64,000 nucleotides of DNA from Owenia fusiformis (taxonomy: Eukaryota): assembly GCA_903813345.2 (NCBI GenBank), contig CAIIXF020000001.1:42842001-42906000 (forward strand), written 5' to 3'. The translations under genes were made by a program, and so were the position numbers. The notes below the pieces were generated by a model. The model had not been told where the DNA came from and searched no databases. It was given only the letters and a program-made list of their open reading frames with translations. Shown here one piece after another: positions 1-13,543 of the stretch. Positions within the stretch are counted from its first letter, which is position 1. The number at the start of each line of letters is the position of its first letter.

Positions 1-3000
1 AGTACCATTGATATGGTCGGGTCATGGTGACTGTGAAGTAGCATGACTGGCAATGATTACCAGGATATGATGTACATGCAAGGGGTTGTGAGCACTAGGG
101 GTGTCTCATAAGTTTCGTACTAAATTCTACACATGTTATACTCTACTTGCAACTAACAGCCACAGCTATTACTATCCTTGTCTATAATATAGATTTCAGA
201 ATTCAAGTTTAAAAAATGGTTTGATTTTCACATTTTTGAAGTTCACTAATTCCCCACCTACTGACTAAATGTATCGATTCGGCGGGAAATATAAAAGATG
301 TTGCCTTACTAAACTAGTTTTAGGTAATTTTAACTCTGAAGGTTATGCTAACCTACATGTAGGCAGAATACCTGGCATGTCAGAAGCCACATGCCTCAGG
401 TACGCACTTCATCCAAACTGCCCTTCAGTTATTATTCCAGCTTATGGCTAACTAACAAATTTGAACCTGAAAAAATATTATCTTTTTATAAATTTATTTA
501 TGAACTAAACCTCCTCTTCCTTGTGTTTACTAAAGCTCGTCTATGTGACATATCAGCTTTATCAGGGGGAGTATATTGAGGCTAGGCTTTAAGGATAATC
601 AAAAACGAAGTATATGTGCTATAAGATCAGTGCTATAAAATTACTTCAAATCCAGAATAAACATAAATTGGAAATTCTCTTAATAAATAGTCTGCTAGGA
701 GTGTGGTCACAGATGGTCTGAATTGTGCCAGTTGCTGATGGGATTTATATTTGATGAAATATTTTTTTCTTGGATATGGCATTGCTGAGTGAAGTATTCA
801 TGAGATGTTTATGTTCATTGATGTATATTCAAAATTAAAGAGAGTGGCATACAAGGGAGGTGTTCTTTAGAGAAATGTGTTTACAATATAAAGGTGTTCA
901 ATTTGTTTATTATGTCAGTGATACTATATAGAATTTTCTCTCCGGGGAAATATTTATTAGAGAAAGTATGTTCTTTTTATATACAAAGATGTATCTATGT
1001 AGCAATAGATGTAAATCTAATTCCTGAATAGTGGAGTGTTTGACATTGTTTCTTTAGCTTGGGATATTGGGAGGTTTTAATCCTTATGGCTTCAAGTGCG
1101 TGCATAGATTTTCTTTATCTTGCATTTTTTTAAACATTTGAACTTTCTCCCTTTGGCAATCATGATGTCATATTATTTACAATGAGGTGTTTATTAAAAG
1201 GTGTTTGCTGTTGTAGGTTTGTCACCACAGACAGAGGTGTTCATTGAGACAGGTTTTCCTGTACTCCAAATGTTAACTTTTGTTTACATGACAGGTAATG
1301 TCAAATTGCTCTACTTTATCTGAACCAGAGCAGCTACAGCCATTGATGCAAAAGTCTAAGAATAATTAGAAACATGTGTAACACTTATCCTTCAACATTT
1401 CAGTGAATCCAAGCATCCATATATGTTATGCAAAAATAACTTTTGGCAATCATGTAAAATTAAATATTGTTATTTAGTTTTTTGTAAAAAATATTTAACA
1501 ATTTTGAAAGACTTTAATTTTGAATGGGGCTTGAATATAAATTATTGTTTAGAGGTCAGGAAAATGATTTTCAGTTGATAAATATGTGTATTAGATTTCG
1601 TGTGATAGTTATGTTTACTGTACCTGTTAAAAGAATGACTTCATACTTTTGGGAGTACAAGGAGAACACTGACACAGCCAGTGCCCACTCATTTATTTTT
1701 TATTTTTTGTTTATTTTTTTTATTTATTATAATCAATGTAACATATTTACAGGTTTTAGTGGCTATGACCCCCAAGAGGTAGTATTAGGTGCCAGAAACA
1801 CCCTATGTTATAATGATGATTCTTTGAATAAACATGCATTTGTTATAAAAACATTTGGGACAAGACACCATTGCTAACATGGTTTGTTCGCAATGTCTGT
1901 GTACTCAATATTGATTTATCCATAGATTCATTATCCATTAATGCAAATCAAAGTTCTATATATAATCAGAAATTAGATATGATAACAAACATCTAGAACA
2001 TAAAAGCTCATTCTGAAGCACTGGCGTTTAAGTGGAAAGTCTCATCACATCATGTACTGCTGAAGGTCTTAAAGGCCTATAGTAAAGTGGTGATGCTGAC
2101 ATGGGAGTTATTACATAGAATCTGGATGTGTTCTCCGCGTACAGACTGAACATATCCAATTTTTCATTCTGAATTATCAGAGTCTCTCTTTATCTAAAGC
2201 TCTGTTCAGAGGGATAGTAGTGACTGTGGATCCCACAATAGAACATATCTTGTCTATAAACATTGATTATTTGTTAATCAGCAGGATATAATTGTAATTC
2301 ATCAGACATGTAAGGAATGAAAGAACAAAGGCACCTTAACGTTGACCTTTTTGTATATTACTTTTGTATATCAAATTCAATATGTTCAGTTAGGTTTCAT
2401 TGATCTTTTGCATTTGTTTTTTTAAGTACCATTATAATTGCACAGTGATTGTAAACATAGAATCAAAGTCGATTGGCCTAAAGATGGTAAAATATTTCTT
2501 TCTCCCATCAATTCAATTCAGTTATCATGTTTATCAACAATATTTCACTGACCATTGAATTTTGTTATATTGTGATTGTTTCCGAATAGTCTTTAACCAA
2601 AGAATATCCAGCATCCATTAGACTCTATTGTTAAAATTCCTCAAACAGATAATACATGAAATAAGGCATTTTCCTGGCACTTATATGTGACATATTGAAG
2701 CTGACATTTAAAAAATCACATTCAGAAAGAAATGCCCCAAGAGAAATACATAAATAAGTTTATTTTACATCATCATTTACAAATCGTACATTTGCATTCA
2801 CAGGTTGTATTCTGTCTGGAGGGATGTTTCTTAGTATATCAGTCTTGATCAGTCTGGAATGATGGGTAACTTCCGAAGCAGCCATTTTGGATTTTTTTCG
2901 CATCCTGGCAGTCATATGTCATAGGTCGTTTTAATTGCACTTACTCATAGTGCTATGTTGTCTTCATCTTGTATTGATGGGTGTCTGTGCACTTGTATTG

Positions 3001-3400
3001 GAGGGCCCACATAAATCTCATCAAAATTCTAGGAAAACAGCTTACCTGCTCAACTCGAAAATTTTACAGATCCAAGAGCAGATTAGTGACAAGATCTAAT
3101 TAGGTTTTGAGTATGCTAGGTAAAATACTTGGTGGCCATTTTGAATTTTTGTTTCCAAAATGTGTGATATTTATCATTGAGTATCTCATTATATAGGTTG
3201 ATCAGAGTTTCTGGCACCAGTTGCAACTACATCATACCCTTCCATATGCATGATGTGAGAGAATGTGGTGGTGAACAGGTATTAACCAAGTATCTCCTCC
3301 AACTGTGTAGCTAGCTAATTGAGGCAATGTTATGGGGTGTAATATGGTCACATTATACATTAGAGGTATTGACACTTTGAGTTTGAAATACATGAGGATT

Positions 3401-3625
3401 AATTGATATCTGAGAGATACCTGAACTATATGTAATTATGATACCTGAAATTTAAGACACATTTGTGATAATTGATACCTGAAGTATGACACATATTTGT
3501 GATAATTGATATCTGAAGTATGACACACATTTAAAAGAATTTTATGATAATTAACACTTCTAGTATGAGCCCTTTTTGTGATGATTGATACCTGAGATAT
3601 TAGACACTTTGTTAATATGTGACAT
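3401..3625. repeat. Degenerate ~31-33 bp tandem repeat (TAATTGATACCTGAAGTATGACACATATTTGTGA-like)
   Basis: Recurrent TTGATA(C/T)CTGA...GACAC motifs at ~32-bp spacing; boundaries approximate. Confidence 0.55.
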
Positions 3626-3943
3626 CTGAAAATTTTATATAGTGGTAAAAATAAACTCCAATCGATTAATTTCCTGTTTCGGAAATTGCCTTGGCAATGG
3701 ATAATTGAGAGATTTGCTAATAAGAAAGCAATGGGTGAAAAACTAAACACAGATGCGAATAGATGAGGTTCCCTTCTGGCACTAATAAACATTGTTTAAT
3801 CTAAATTGATCTGAGTTAATCAAGTCACAAATGAATTAATCAATGCAAGGATTAAAAAAGAGGGGAAGGCTATGAAGATATGAATTATTAACAGTTTTAT
3901 GTTTCTAATTGTTTATCTAAAATTGGTGTTCATTAAGTAGAAG

Positions 3944-4351
3944 CACGCGGTCCCAACTTCGACCGTTAATTTGAATTTTTGACCTACAGGATGTTTGAAA
4001 ATCAAGGATTACGAGTCTCATACTGCACCGTTTTTCTTCAAACTTGTTCCATTCAAAGCATAACAAAAATCCCTTTCAGATGATACATTATTCTCTTAAA
4101 CAGAGTCCCTACTTCCAGCGGCATTTTGGTCCCCAGCTGTAAGAACGCCTTCTAACAGCTGGGGACCAAAACGCTGCTAGAACGAGGGATTCTTTACAAT
4201 AAAGTGATGCACCGACAGAAAGGCAATGTTGTTTTGCTTTTAATGGTATAAGTTTGAAGAAAAACGGTACAGTATGAGACTCGCAATCCTTGATTTTCAA
4301 GCATCTGGTAGGTCAAAAATTCAAATTAACGGTCAAAGTTAGGACCACGTG
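3944..4351. mobile_element. Palindromic non-autonomous DNA transposon (MITE/foldback), CAC...GTG termini, 5-bp TSD; Transib-like
   Basis: Left end CACGCGGTCCCAACTTCGACCGTTAATTTGAATTTTTGACCTAC matches the reverse complement of the right end GTAGGTCAAAAATTCAAATTAACGGTCAAAGTTAGGACCACGTG. Complementarity continues to the centre (TTTTGGTCCCCAGCTGT / ACAGCTGGGGACCAAAA). AGAAG is duplicated at 3939-3943 and 4352-4356. The superfamily call is inferred from termini and TSD length only. Confidence 0.85.
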
Positions 4352-5119
4352 AGAAGGGTGCAAAAATATATTATTGAAGATCTCCCCTCATGATATTTGG
4401 CCCTTTTTGAAAATACTACTCCCCTAGCCTACCAATGATTGTAAATGAATTAACTACAAACCCTCATGACCCAGATGGCCAGCTCATATGTTCTATTGGT
4501 CTATGATTATGTGCTTTTTATTCATGACATAGCATGAAAACATTAAAATTAGAAAATAAACAAACTTGACCTTTAAAATAGTACTATGACCTTGGGAAAA
4601 ACAAAACTGATTAATAGCAGTATGTTAGTAATGGCTACTTTTTCATTTGCATTTTTCTAGGATATTCATAAATTATTTATACTTCTCTAGGAGTATCAAT
4701 ATATAAACCAAGGCAGATATAAAGTTGTTGGATCTATTGTATTGATTGTATTGTCTAAATCCAATTGTAGTTCAGTATACATGATCACATGTCTATGTAT
4801 TGTTTTTTCTCTGCAAGGATGTATTACTCCATATGTATAGGGCATATGTATTAATATATGGATAGGAGTGCTCACATGCTGTTAGTTGTGAAGACTGAGA
4901 CAAACTGCTCTGAAACTGATATATTGAAACTAGAGCACTTGGGAAAACATGATCTTAGTAAACATTTTATTGCATTTTAAAGCTACTCACAGTCATATGA
5001 ACTGGGTGTAACCATTGCTAACATAAGCGAGGATCATTTAAGCATATCACTTACTGATTTAAGCATAGTACTATCTGATTTAAGCACATCACTAAACTGT
5101 GTGTGTTTCTCATTGCAGA

Positions 5120-5175
5120 ATGTCTGTTGAAATGGAGCAAGGAGATAATATAGAGGATGTGGTGCGAAGAAATAA
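5120..5175 (+). CDS. Coding exon 1 of small acidic CaaX (paralemmin-like) protein
   Basis: Acceptor TTTCTCATTGCAG ends 5118. ATG at 5120 reads MSVEMEQGDNIEDVVRRN, then donor AA|GTAAGT (phase 2), which joins in frame to the acceptor at 10283/10284. Confidence 0.7.
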
Positions 5176-5954
5176 GTAAGTGACTTCAATTTATTCTATA
5201 GTTACATGTATGTCTGGGGAATATCCATTCAGTTCAAATTAGATACTAGCAATGCAAAATTTTCTTAATTATTTCACCACCACAAGTGGTGACATACTGT
5301 TATAGTTACCAACTTTTTGTGGATAGTGTTTGCCATTTGGTGGTTGGTATTTCGCATTCAATGTCTGTGACAAATGGCAGGTGATGACACTTTGCATGTT
5401 AATCTCTTGTCTAACTTTCAAGTGGGTGCAAATAGGTTTTCAGGTGGGAACAAACCTACCCAGCATGCTCATAATAATTCTAGTAAGTACCCCGTATGGC
5501 TGTATCTGTACTATCACTTCAGGAACTGTATAATAAAGCAGGAAGTAGGTCTATAGCTAGGAGACTTAAGATATTTTGGCTTTTGGTTGAGTCCCTTACT
5601 CATATATTTTCTAATTAATTTATGACTCCACAGTGGATTCTGATTTGGATTTTGAGATAATTAAATCAATAGTAAACTTGTTCATGTCAAACCCTAAAAT
5701 CTATTCTCAAAATGCATAAGAGATTTTACATGGCACCTGCTTTCTTTCTGAAGTGATGCTGCCCCTTGTTAGCCTATGCACTATCCCTGGTTGGTTATAA
5801 CCCCTGATATGATCTAAACCTTTGGTATTTCATGATTGATATAATTTCCCTTAGTCTGAAATCTCTATCTGTCTATAGATATTAGTTTGTGTTTTACCCT
5901 TGAGGCAGCTCCCTGGTTCTACTCAGATTGTGATTCCAACATTTTTCTATTTCA

Positions 5955-6072
5955 TGACCCTTGATTCTACTCCTGACCTTTGATTCTGCCCCTGACCCTT
6001 TATTCTGCCCCTGACCCTAGATTCTGCTCAGACACTTGATTCTACCCCTGTCCTTTGATTCTTCCCCTGATT
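5955..6072. repeat. 19-bp minisatellite (TGACCCTTGATTCTRCCCC), ~6 copies
   Basis: Visible tandem repetition with substitutions. Confidence 0.7.
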
Positions 6073-6650
6073 CCTGTTCCCACACTGGTTTCTCAGCCTG
6101 AATGTGGTTTTAGGAAATATATGAGACAAGGGAAATCTTTATAAAGCTCAGTGATATTAAGCAGAGGCTCAATGTCTGCTAATATATCTGAATGAAAGTC
6201 AGCTTGATTATATCATTCAAGAGCAAGACCAATATACTATGCCTTAGTCAGCAAATTAACGTAATCATAAATTTTCATTGGTTTTCATTTGGCATAAATG
6301 TTTTGTCTGGTGGCTTAAGAATTGTATTACAGGATGACGATGACGCAAAGCAGCCATCCATCAGTATAATAAGTGCTGGGACACAATGACATCTTATTCC
6401 AGATCTAGACCAATATTTCAAGATGGACAAGATGGGAAAATCAAATGTAGATTTGAACTAGCCACAGGCATATCATGCAGGTTTTGCATCAAATTTCAGA
6501 GAAATATGACTCCATTTTGTCTATTTGTTGTTCAATAAGGAGAAGACAGAGAAGAGGGAACAACATACATGTGCTATGATGAGGCTATGCAGAATATAAT
6601 TCACAATTATGTCCAATTCACTAGCCCCGAAGATTACAATTCATGATATA

Positions 6651-6760
6651 CAGTAAAACCTGACTAATCTGAACACCACCAGTTTTTAACATGGAAATCT
6701 GGTAGATTAAGAAATGGAACTGCAAAAATGTTCTCATTTAGAAATATCCAGGTTTTACTG
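6651..6760. mobile_element. Tc1/mariner-type MITE
   Basis: Perfect 12-bp TIR CAGTAAAACCTG / CAGGTTTTACTG flanked by TA on both sides. Related degenerate copies lie at ~19580-19769 and ~40052-40110. Confidence 0.75.
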
Positions 6761-8122
6761 TACACTGTGATATGTAAAGCAGTAACAAGTTAAAAAGATA
6801 AAAAATAAATTAAGAATCTACAGCAGCCATGCATCATGTTTTACAGTAATAATGCTTAGTATTTCAGTCATGGGAGTACAATCAGTTTTAATGAAATGGA
6901 TAGTGTGCACTTTGTATTTAATGTTACATCCATTTACATCATTTCTTTGAGGTTAACATAGGGAAGAGCAAAATTATCTATGAGTGAAGCACTCTGGGGG
7001 ATCAGACATATGATTGATGATCACTCTAGCATAGTTAACAGCCAACAGAATACTGTATTCTGCTTAGAATAACCTATTCTGGTAATTGGCTCCCTGTATA
7101 CTGTTTAATGTGTCTCTCTCTCCTTCATATGAGTAGGCTTATGGAACATGGTGTTCTGCCCAACAATCGTTAAAATGTATTTTCATCCGAATGAAAATAT
7201 CCAAAATTTTGTATTCTTTGAATGTAAAGAACTCACTTGAAATAACCAGTACTCCTTTGATTTCATACATTAATGCAAGAAATTGGCAAATTGTCATCAT
7301 CAATTGATTTGTAGGTACAGCTGTACTTTAATATGAACTTTTACAATTGGCAGTTATTTCAGTCAATCAATAGTGAACTGGTAAATTGACGGAGCAAGTG
7401 TTCTTGATTCTTAGAAAAGATAATATGGCAAATGGCCCTTTATACTTCTGAAGAAAGCAATCAAATGTGGCAATACAGATGTTATTTCCATTTTACAAGC
7501 CTTTGGATCAGCACCCAGGGAATTGACTGCTCAAATTTTTCTTCAATATTCTTTATTTTATTTGAAGGATATACAGTATTCTTCAGTCAGTATTTAAAGA
7601 ATAAAATAATGAAATTGTCTGATTTTTTCAATGCAACTGCTTTCTTAACTTATGAAAAACCTTCAAATCAAAAAGCATCAACATTTGGAAAAAAACAAAA
7701 AAAGGAAATTAAATTGGCCTATCCTTAGCAGGATTGCATTTGACTTACATCAAATAAAGCAATCATGCATGGAAGAGATAGTACAGAATTAGAATTTTTA
7801 GCCAATGTAATCTTTGCAGTTGTTCAATTTTGTAATTTTTATATAGTTTTCATGTTATTCTTCTACTTTTCTACTTGATTTTGAAATGTTTGTGTACTCC
7901 ATGGATTGTATGATTTAACATTGTACAATTGACAGATATACAAATTCTTGTTTTACAGTATTTCTCTGTTTTGCTATTGCCTTGTATAGTATGTCCTCAT
8001 ATCCCCCAGGCAAGTGTTGCTACAACAATTAACCTGATTATTTCTGGAATATACATTTGCATTAGGATTCATCTTGTCTGTCAAGGTCCTTGTGATAGTG
8101 AACAAACTGATTACAGGAAAAG

Positions 8123-8312
8123 CAGACCCATAGCCAGGATTTGCCTAGGGGGTTCACTTTTTGGAAAATTCCAGGGGGGTTCACTTTTGACAATTTTGGT
8201 CCAAAAATGGCCAAAATCACTTAAAAAGTGGTCAGACTGGTGAAAAACTGCATGATTTTGAAAGAATTTTGGCCAGGGGGGTTTGCTCGAACTCCCCCTG
8301 GCTATGGGCCTG
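8123..8312. mobile_element. MITE, TIR CAG(A/G)CCCATAGCCAGG, 5-bp TSD AAAAG
   Basis: 16-bp TIR with 1 mismatch; AAAAG at 8118-8122 and 8313-8317. The internal segment TGGTGAAAAACTGCATGATTTTGAAAGAATTT is shared, inverted, with the element at 16595-16772. Confidence 0.8.
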
Positions 8313-10283
8313 AAAAGTGTCATCATGTGAGATCACATTGTATGGTTCATATGTATTTTATGGGTTTTAGTTAATGTCGCTTTCAAATGTTGTCCTTTAT
8401 GGTGATGAAGGTTCAAGATTTAGATGATTTCAATTGATATCTAAAAGCATCTTAAGGTTTTTGACACAAGCCATCCATAAAATACCTGATTTAGAAATAA
8501 AAGGAATTTTCTTTAGTTTCTATTCATGTAGATTTCTCATAAAGCCATATCATGTGAGATACTTTTGTCATATCAAACAGATGCAAATTTTATTTATTAA
8601 CAAATTCTATGGTATTACTATCATCATGAATTTCCTTTTTATTCATGCTCATCTTACCAAACTGATATATAGCAATAAAAATTATAAACCAACTAAGGAG
8701 TAGACCCCTTGAGCTATGTATGGGCAATAGCAAAAGGCTGTGAGTGGATCCCCTTGGTTTTTGTCCCATGCTCACCTAGTCATGAAATATTCTCACCAGT
8801 CTATGAGAGTATTATATAACATGGACGTGTTGTCTAATCACTGATGATTAGGTGAGCCTAAGTCTGTGAGTGAACCCCCTGGCCCCTGGGCTATGGCTAT
8901 GTCTGTGTACATGCATGAGACTAAGTGGCACCCCCTAAGCTATGTCTGTGCATCAGCCAACAGAATCATAATATTTTGCCAAGAAGATTGCATTAGTTGA
9001 GCTGACTCATACTTGAGGTCATCTTGGCCTTAAAGGTTCTACTCCAGCCCTCTCATCTGATTTTCTATAATTTCTCATCTTGATTCTTAAGGTTTTAGTT
9101 GCTCCAACTTCAAGATGATCATTTCTATTAATGATTTATATGATTCGCTTTGTGTAGGTTAATGTCTTCATTCTTGTTCTTATGAATGGTTTCACAATTT
9201 TTAAACATACCCCGTTTATTTAATGGCAACTGAATGCCAAAGTTTGTCTAATGAAGTTCATGATGGATCTTAATCCCCCCCCCCCCAATACTTTGCTATA
9301 ATCTGACCTGCCAGGTTATCTCAGGTGAGCTATCATGTAATCTATAATTACAGAAATATCTCCTTATTACATTATATTATACCAAGTTCAACAGTTCAAT
9401 TGCAGCAAATCGCTATATAGTAAATAATGGAGTCTAGTATATCATATTGAAGAACAATCATAATGATTATCCTAAATTATATGTGAATCGTTGATATCAC
9501 ATATTACACAATATCACATTATTAATTGGTAGAGTGTTTTGTTTAATAGCCTCTCACACATATTCATAAAGATAGAAATGAAAAGGAGTTGTTAATATAA
9601 ACATAATATTTTTCATTTTTAGTTATTGGTTATTTCAGTTACATAGATTCTTCATGGTTCAGACATGATGTCTTTATCGTCATGCCTAAAAGCAGTATAG
9701 CATCCAGTTTTGAAAAAAAATTATTATATTATTTTTGTTTTTAAGGGCTGTAGGGTGTGCATGCCTAAACTAAAACTGACATTAATTTATGAAGCTTATA
9801 TTAAGCATCTTATATTTTTCTAAATTGCTCGTAAAAGTAAGTAAGTACTGTAATGTAATATGTAAGCTTGAAAGATGATTAAATCATGCAAATGGGAGGC
9901 AGGTAAGTAGGCTTTGTGTAGGAAGCGCAGGAAATTGATATAAAGGTATATCAGCAAAGCGAGCATTAACTAAGTGCCAATGTAGGGGATTCTCACGGAG
10001 ATTAGCATATATTATGCAGTATAATGTTAGGGGATTTGCATATATTATACAGCTACTGTATATACATGTACATGATATAGTATTTGTATTTTATTACCTA
10101 TTCAGAAGCTTCCTTGTAGGCAAGAAAAAAATATTTTCTCCTTTTCTGTCATATTATCATTATATACTTATATTAGTACCTCAGGGACTTTTTAGGTCAA
10201 CAGAGCCACCAAAAGAATGTATTTTACTTCATATACTGATCTACTTCATATCCTTTAACCTGTTATTTTGCTTATTTTTTCAG

Positions 10284-10638
10284 GGTGGCAGTGAAAAACC
10301 AGGAGAATCCCTTTTCACCAGATGGGGAACTCAGTCACAAGGGGGACGAGATAGTGAAACGTTCAACAATAACACGAAATGAGGTGATAATATATGACCC
10401 TGACCTTGTACCAGAGGAGGTCGAGGTCAGTGAAACTGTCGAAGCCGTAGAGGCAACCCCCAATGCTAGTCAGCCCTCCAGGCCAAATGACTTGCCTAAG
10501 GAGAATGGTAAAGACACTACTACCCCACAAGAGGTAGATGTGGAGGTCAAAGACAATGAAGCTGAGACTCCAGGACATGCAGAAAAAGTTACTCTACCAA
10601 AAGACAAAGGGAAATGTAAATGCTGCGTTATTCAGTAG
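10284..10638 (+). CDS. Terminal coding exon of small acidic CaaX (paralemmin-like) membrane-anchored protein
   Basis: Strong acceptor CTTATTTTTTCAG (10283). The ORF is E/V/T/P-rich, contains an ENPFSPDGELS (NPF) motif and ends KDKGKCKCCVIQ-stop, i.e. a basic patch, palmitoylatable Cys residues and a CaaX box. Confidence 0.85.
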
Positions 10639-10850
10639 CATGATGTTGTGGAAGTAGTTAGCAGCCCTTGTCTATAACATACTATAAAAAATATAATGGT
10701 AGGATGTAATCTCAAGCAACTAGCAGACATAGAATAATAATAATTAGCGGACTAACTGCTAGTGCTCCTCGCTGCCATGTGTCCACACACTTTCAGGACG
10801 TATTAGCTAAAACTAGGATTTCTGAAACAATGAGGATGGCGGTTGGCAAC

Positions 10851-11010
10851 TAGTGTTTCTCAAACAATGGGAATGGTGACTAGTGTTTCTCAAACAATGG
10901 GAATGGTGACTAGTGTTTCTCAAACAATGGGAATGGTGACTAGTGTTTCCCAAAACATGGGAATGGTGACTAGTGTTTCTTAATACATGGGAATGGTGAC
11001 TAGTGTTTCT
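10851..11010. repeat. 30-bp minisatellite (TAGTGTTTCTCAAACAATGGGAATGGTGAC) x5.3, in the presumed 3' UTR
   Basis: Three identical units, two variant units and a partial unit. Confidence 0.92.
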
Positions 11011-13349
11011 TTTACATTACTCTAACCATGGGAATTGTTGAGTAATTTACATCTATGGACATGATGAACTTTCCTATGTGCTTTCATAAAACCATCATTG
11101 GCCGTAGAACTAGCAGCTTTTCTTTGGGACTAGAACCAGTAGCTGGTCCAGTGAGATCTCAAAAGGCCTTGAAAATAAAAAGTTCCCTGTGTGACTACCA
11201 CTGAATAATCAAAGGAGCGCCACATGTTCCAGAAAGTCTACACCGGATTAGATGTATAAATTATGGATGTTCATGAGACAAAGAGCAACTGATTCTTGAT
11301 GATTACATGGATATACTTTATACAGTAACATATGACTCGCCTATATTGTAGATTGGTCATAAATGATCAACCCTGCAAGGAGACACTGGTTGCCATAGCA
11401 ACTTATAAATATTCTCTTTTGGAAAGGGAGTTTTATCCATCCGTATGCCAATTACGCATTTATCATTTTATCATCACAACGCTTTCAATGTATAAATATC
11501 TGCTTAAAGCATGTACATAAACAATATATTCTTTTAAAAGATTATATAAATCATAATACTGTACTCATTCATGATCATGTTTTTATCCATGGCTTTCATG
11601 GAAAGGTTTCATCATTTCTCGATGTGGATGCTCGGTGAATTATATTGTGTAGAACTCAGATTGAGGTCATCTAAAATCAAATAGCAGATCACTTGCAGAT
11701 TATTGCTTAAATTATGAGCTTATTCAATTGTAATACTTTTCCCCCCAGAATTGGTTGGAACATGCACATTTTGATCATTTTTCTCGTGTGTGGGGTCAAG
11801 GTTGTTTTAGTATGAATAACTGAGGTTAGAGTGATACACTAGAATTATATTGGAACACCCAAACCCTCACACATTAACCTACCAAGGGCAAAAATACTGT
11901 CATTAGCTCTCTGAAGCTTGTTTCTCTCCCTGGAATCTGTTTCTTTCCATTGGTGGACTGTTAATAAGTATCCATCGAAATGTTTGTTGATTTGTGCTTG
12001 AATAATTAGGTTAATTATATGCTTTATTGTATACTATGAGTCATTGATCATTTTAAAGATCACTGTAACATTTGTGTGAGATATAATACAGTACATGTGT
12101 ACTCAGATATGATGTGTTAAACTGATTCAGAGTAGACCGAGTAAAGCCCCATCTTTAGTTAAAAAGCACCAGAATGTTTTAAGATTACCAGGTATTCAGA
12201 CATTTAACATGTGGGGTACATTTCCAATTTCAAGTTCCTAAATGAACTCAAAAGGTGTCTGATAAATGATTACTTTGTTTGGGAGAATATATAAAATCAA
12301 TCTCCCCTCTGTTTAGATGATGATATTCGTAGAACTGAAAGACTCTGAAATTTTTTTTGTCAGATATAGTCTTGTTTCGGCCCCTTGTGACCCCCTTACA
12401 CACTCACCCCCTTTGGGGGTAAGGACTTGATGCAAAACTATATCTGTTAATAAATATATACATGTATGACTATATGATACAATGTAGACCAGTATAATAG
12501 TTTGTACAGACATAGTACTATGTAGAAAACATATTTGGTGCCAATTTGGTGTAAAATATAGAATTCTAGTAATATGAGCTATTTTAGAGTCAAGACAGAA
12601 ACTGTTTACAAGTTGATGGAAATCTCTTTTATTAATATGATTGATACAGGTAAATGATTTATGATTTTACTGCACCATTTTATTGATAGCTTTTATTCTT
12701 CATCTGATTGTCATCAGTTTTTAAAAGATAAAGAAAAATGGATTAGTCATAATGTCACATACTAAATACAGTTCTGCTCAGAAAATGAAACTAGATAGAC
12801 TGATACATGATGTCCGTAGATTAGGTATAATATATAGATTAAATACACCATGCAAAATTAGTCCAAGTTTGATGATCTCCAAGAAGACGTTTTATCTTGC
12901 CTAGCGATATGATATTTACATGCCATATTTCTCTATATTCCTTTCATAATGGCTTCAGCTTCTAGCAAAATTACGGGGGCGTATCTATGGAGCTGTATAT
13001 ATTACCTAGATAAAAAAAACATTATCAAGCAAAATTATTATGAGCAAATAATCCATTAGGCTTTATCAATCAATCAATGTAATTGCAATTTGTTCATTTA
13101 TGAACTCATGCACAGTTATTGTATTTCGAACAGCACGTGTTTCATTCTTGGGATTATTATCGATATTCTTTGATAAATCCTGTGAACAGTGTCTGGTAGA
13201 AGTGGACCTGGAGTCAGTTTCTCAAAAATGTAACTTATTACTGAAATACAGCTGTCTTTCGTAGGTATTATGTAATATTGATAATGAAAAATGCATCTTT
13301 CATGAATCATAATTAATGATATATTTGAGATTCCTGATCTGAGGTGAAG

Positions 13350-13543
13350 CAGTTATCTCCCCGGGATTTTTTCTAAGGTGGGTGCAAAATTCTCATTTTC
13401 ACAATTCAGACCAAAATTGGTCAAAATATGCCAATTTTTCATTTTCAAGTGGGTGCAAATGGATTTTGAGGTGGGTGTAAGCCTATTTTAAAGATTTCAG
13501 GTGGGTGCTGCGCCCACTTGGTTTAATGCTGGGGAGATCACTG
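13350..13543. mobile_element. MITE, TIR CAGT(T/G)ATCTCCCC, 5-bp TSD TGAAG
   Basis: TIR CAGTTATCTCCCC / GGGGAGATCACTG; TGAAG at 13345-13349 and 13544-13548. A second copy lies inverted at 26595-26796. Confidence 0.85.

Noticed and set aside
1..3400. Short ORFs and a small hairpin (368-402) at the window start
   Set aside because: No recognisable protein motifs or consistent splice structure; treated as intronic or intergenic.
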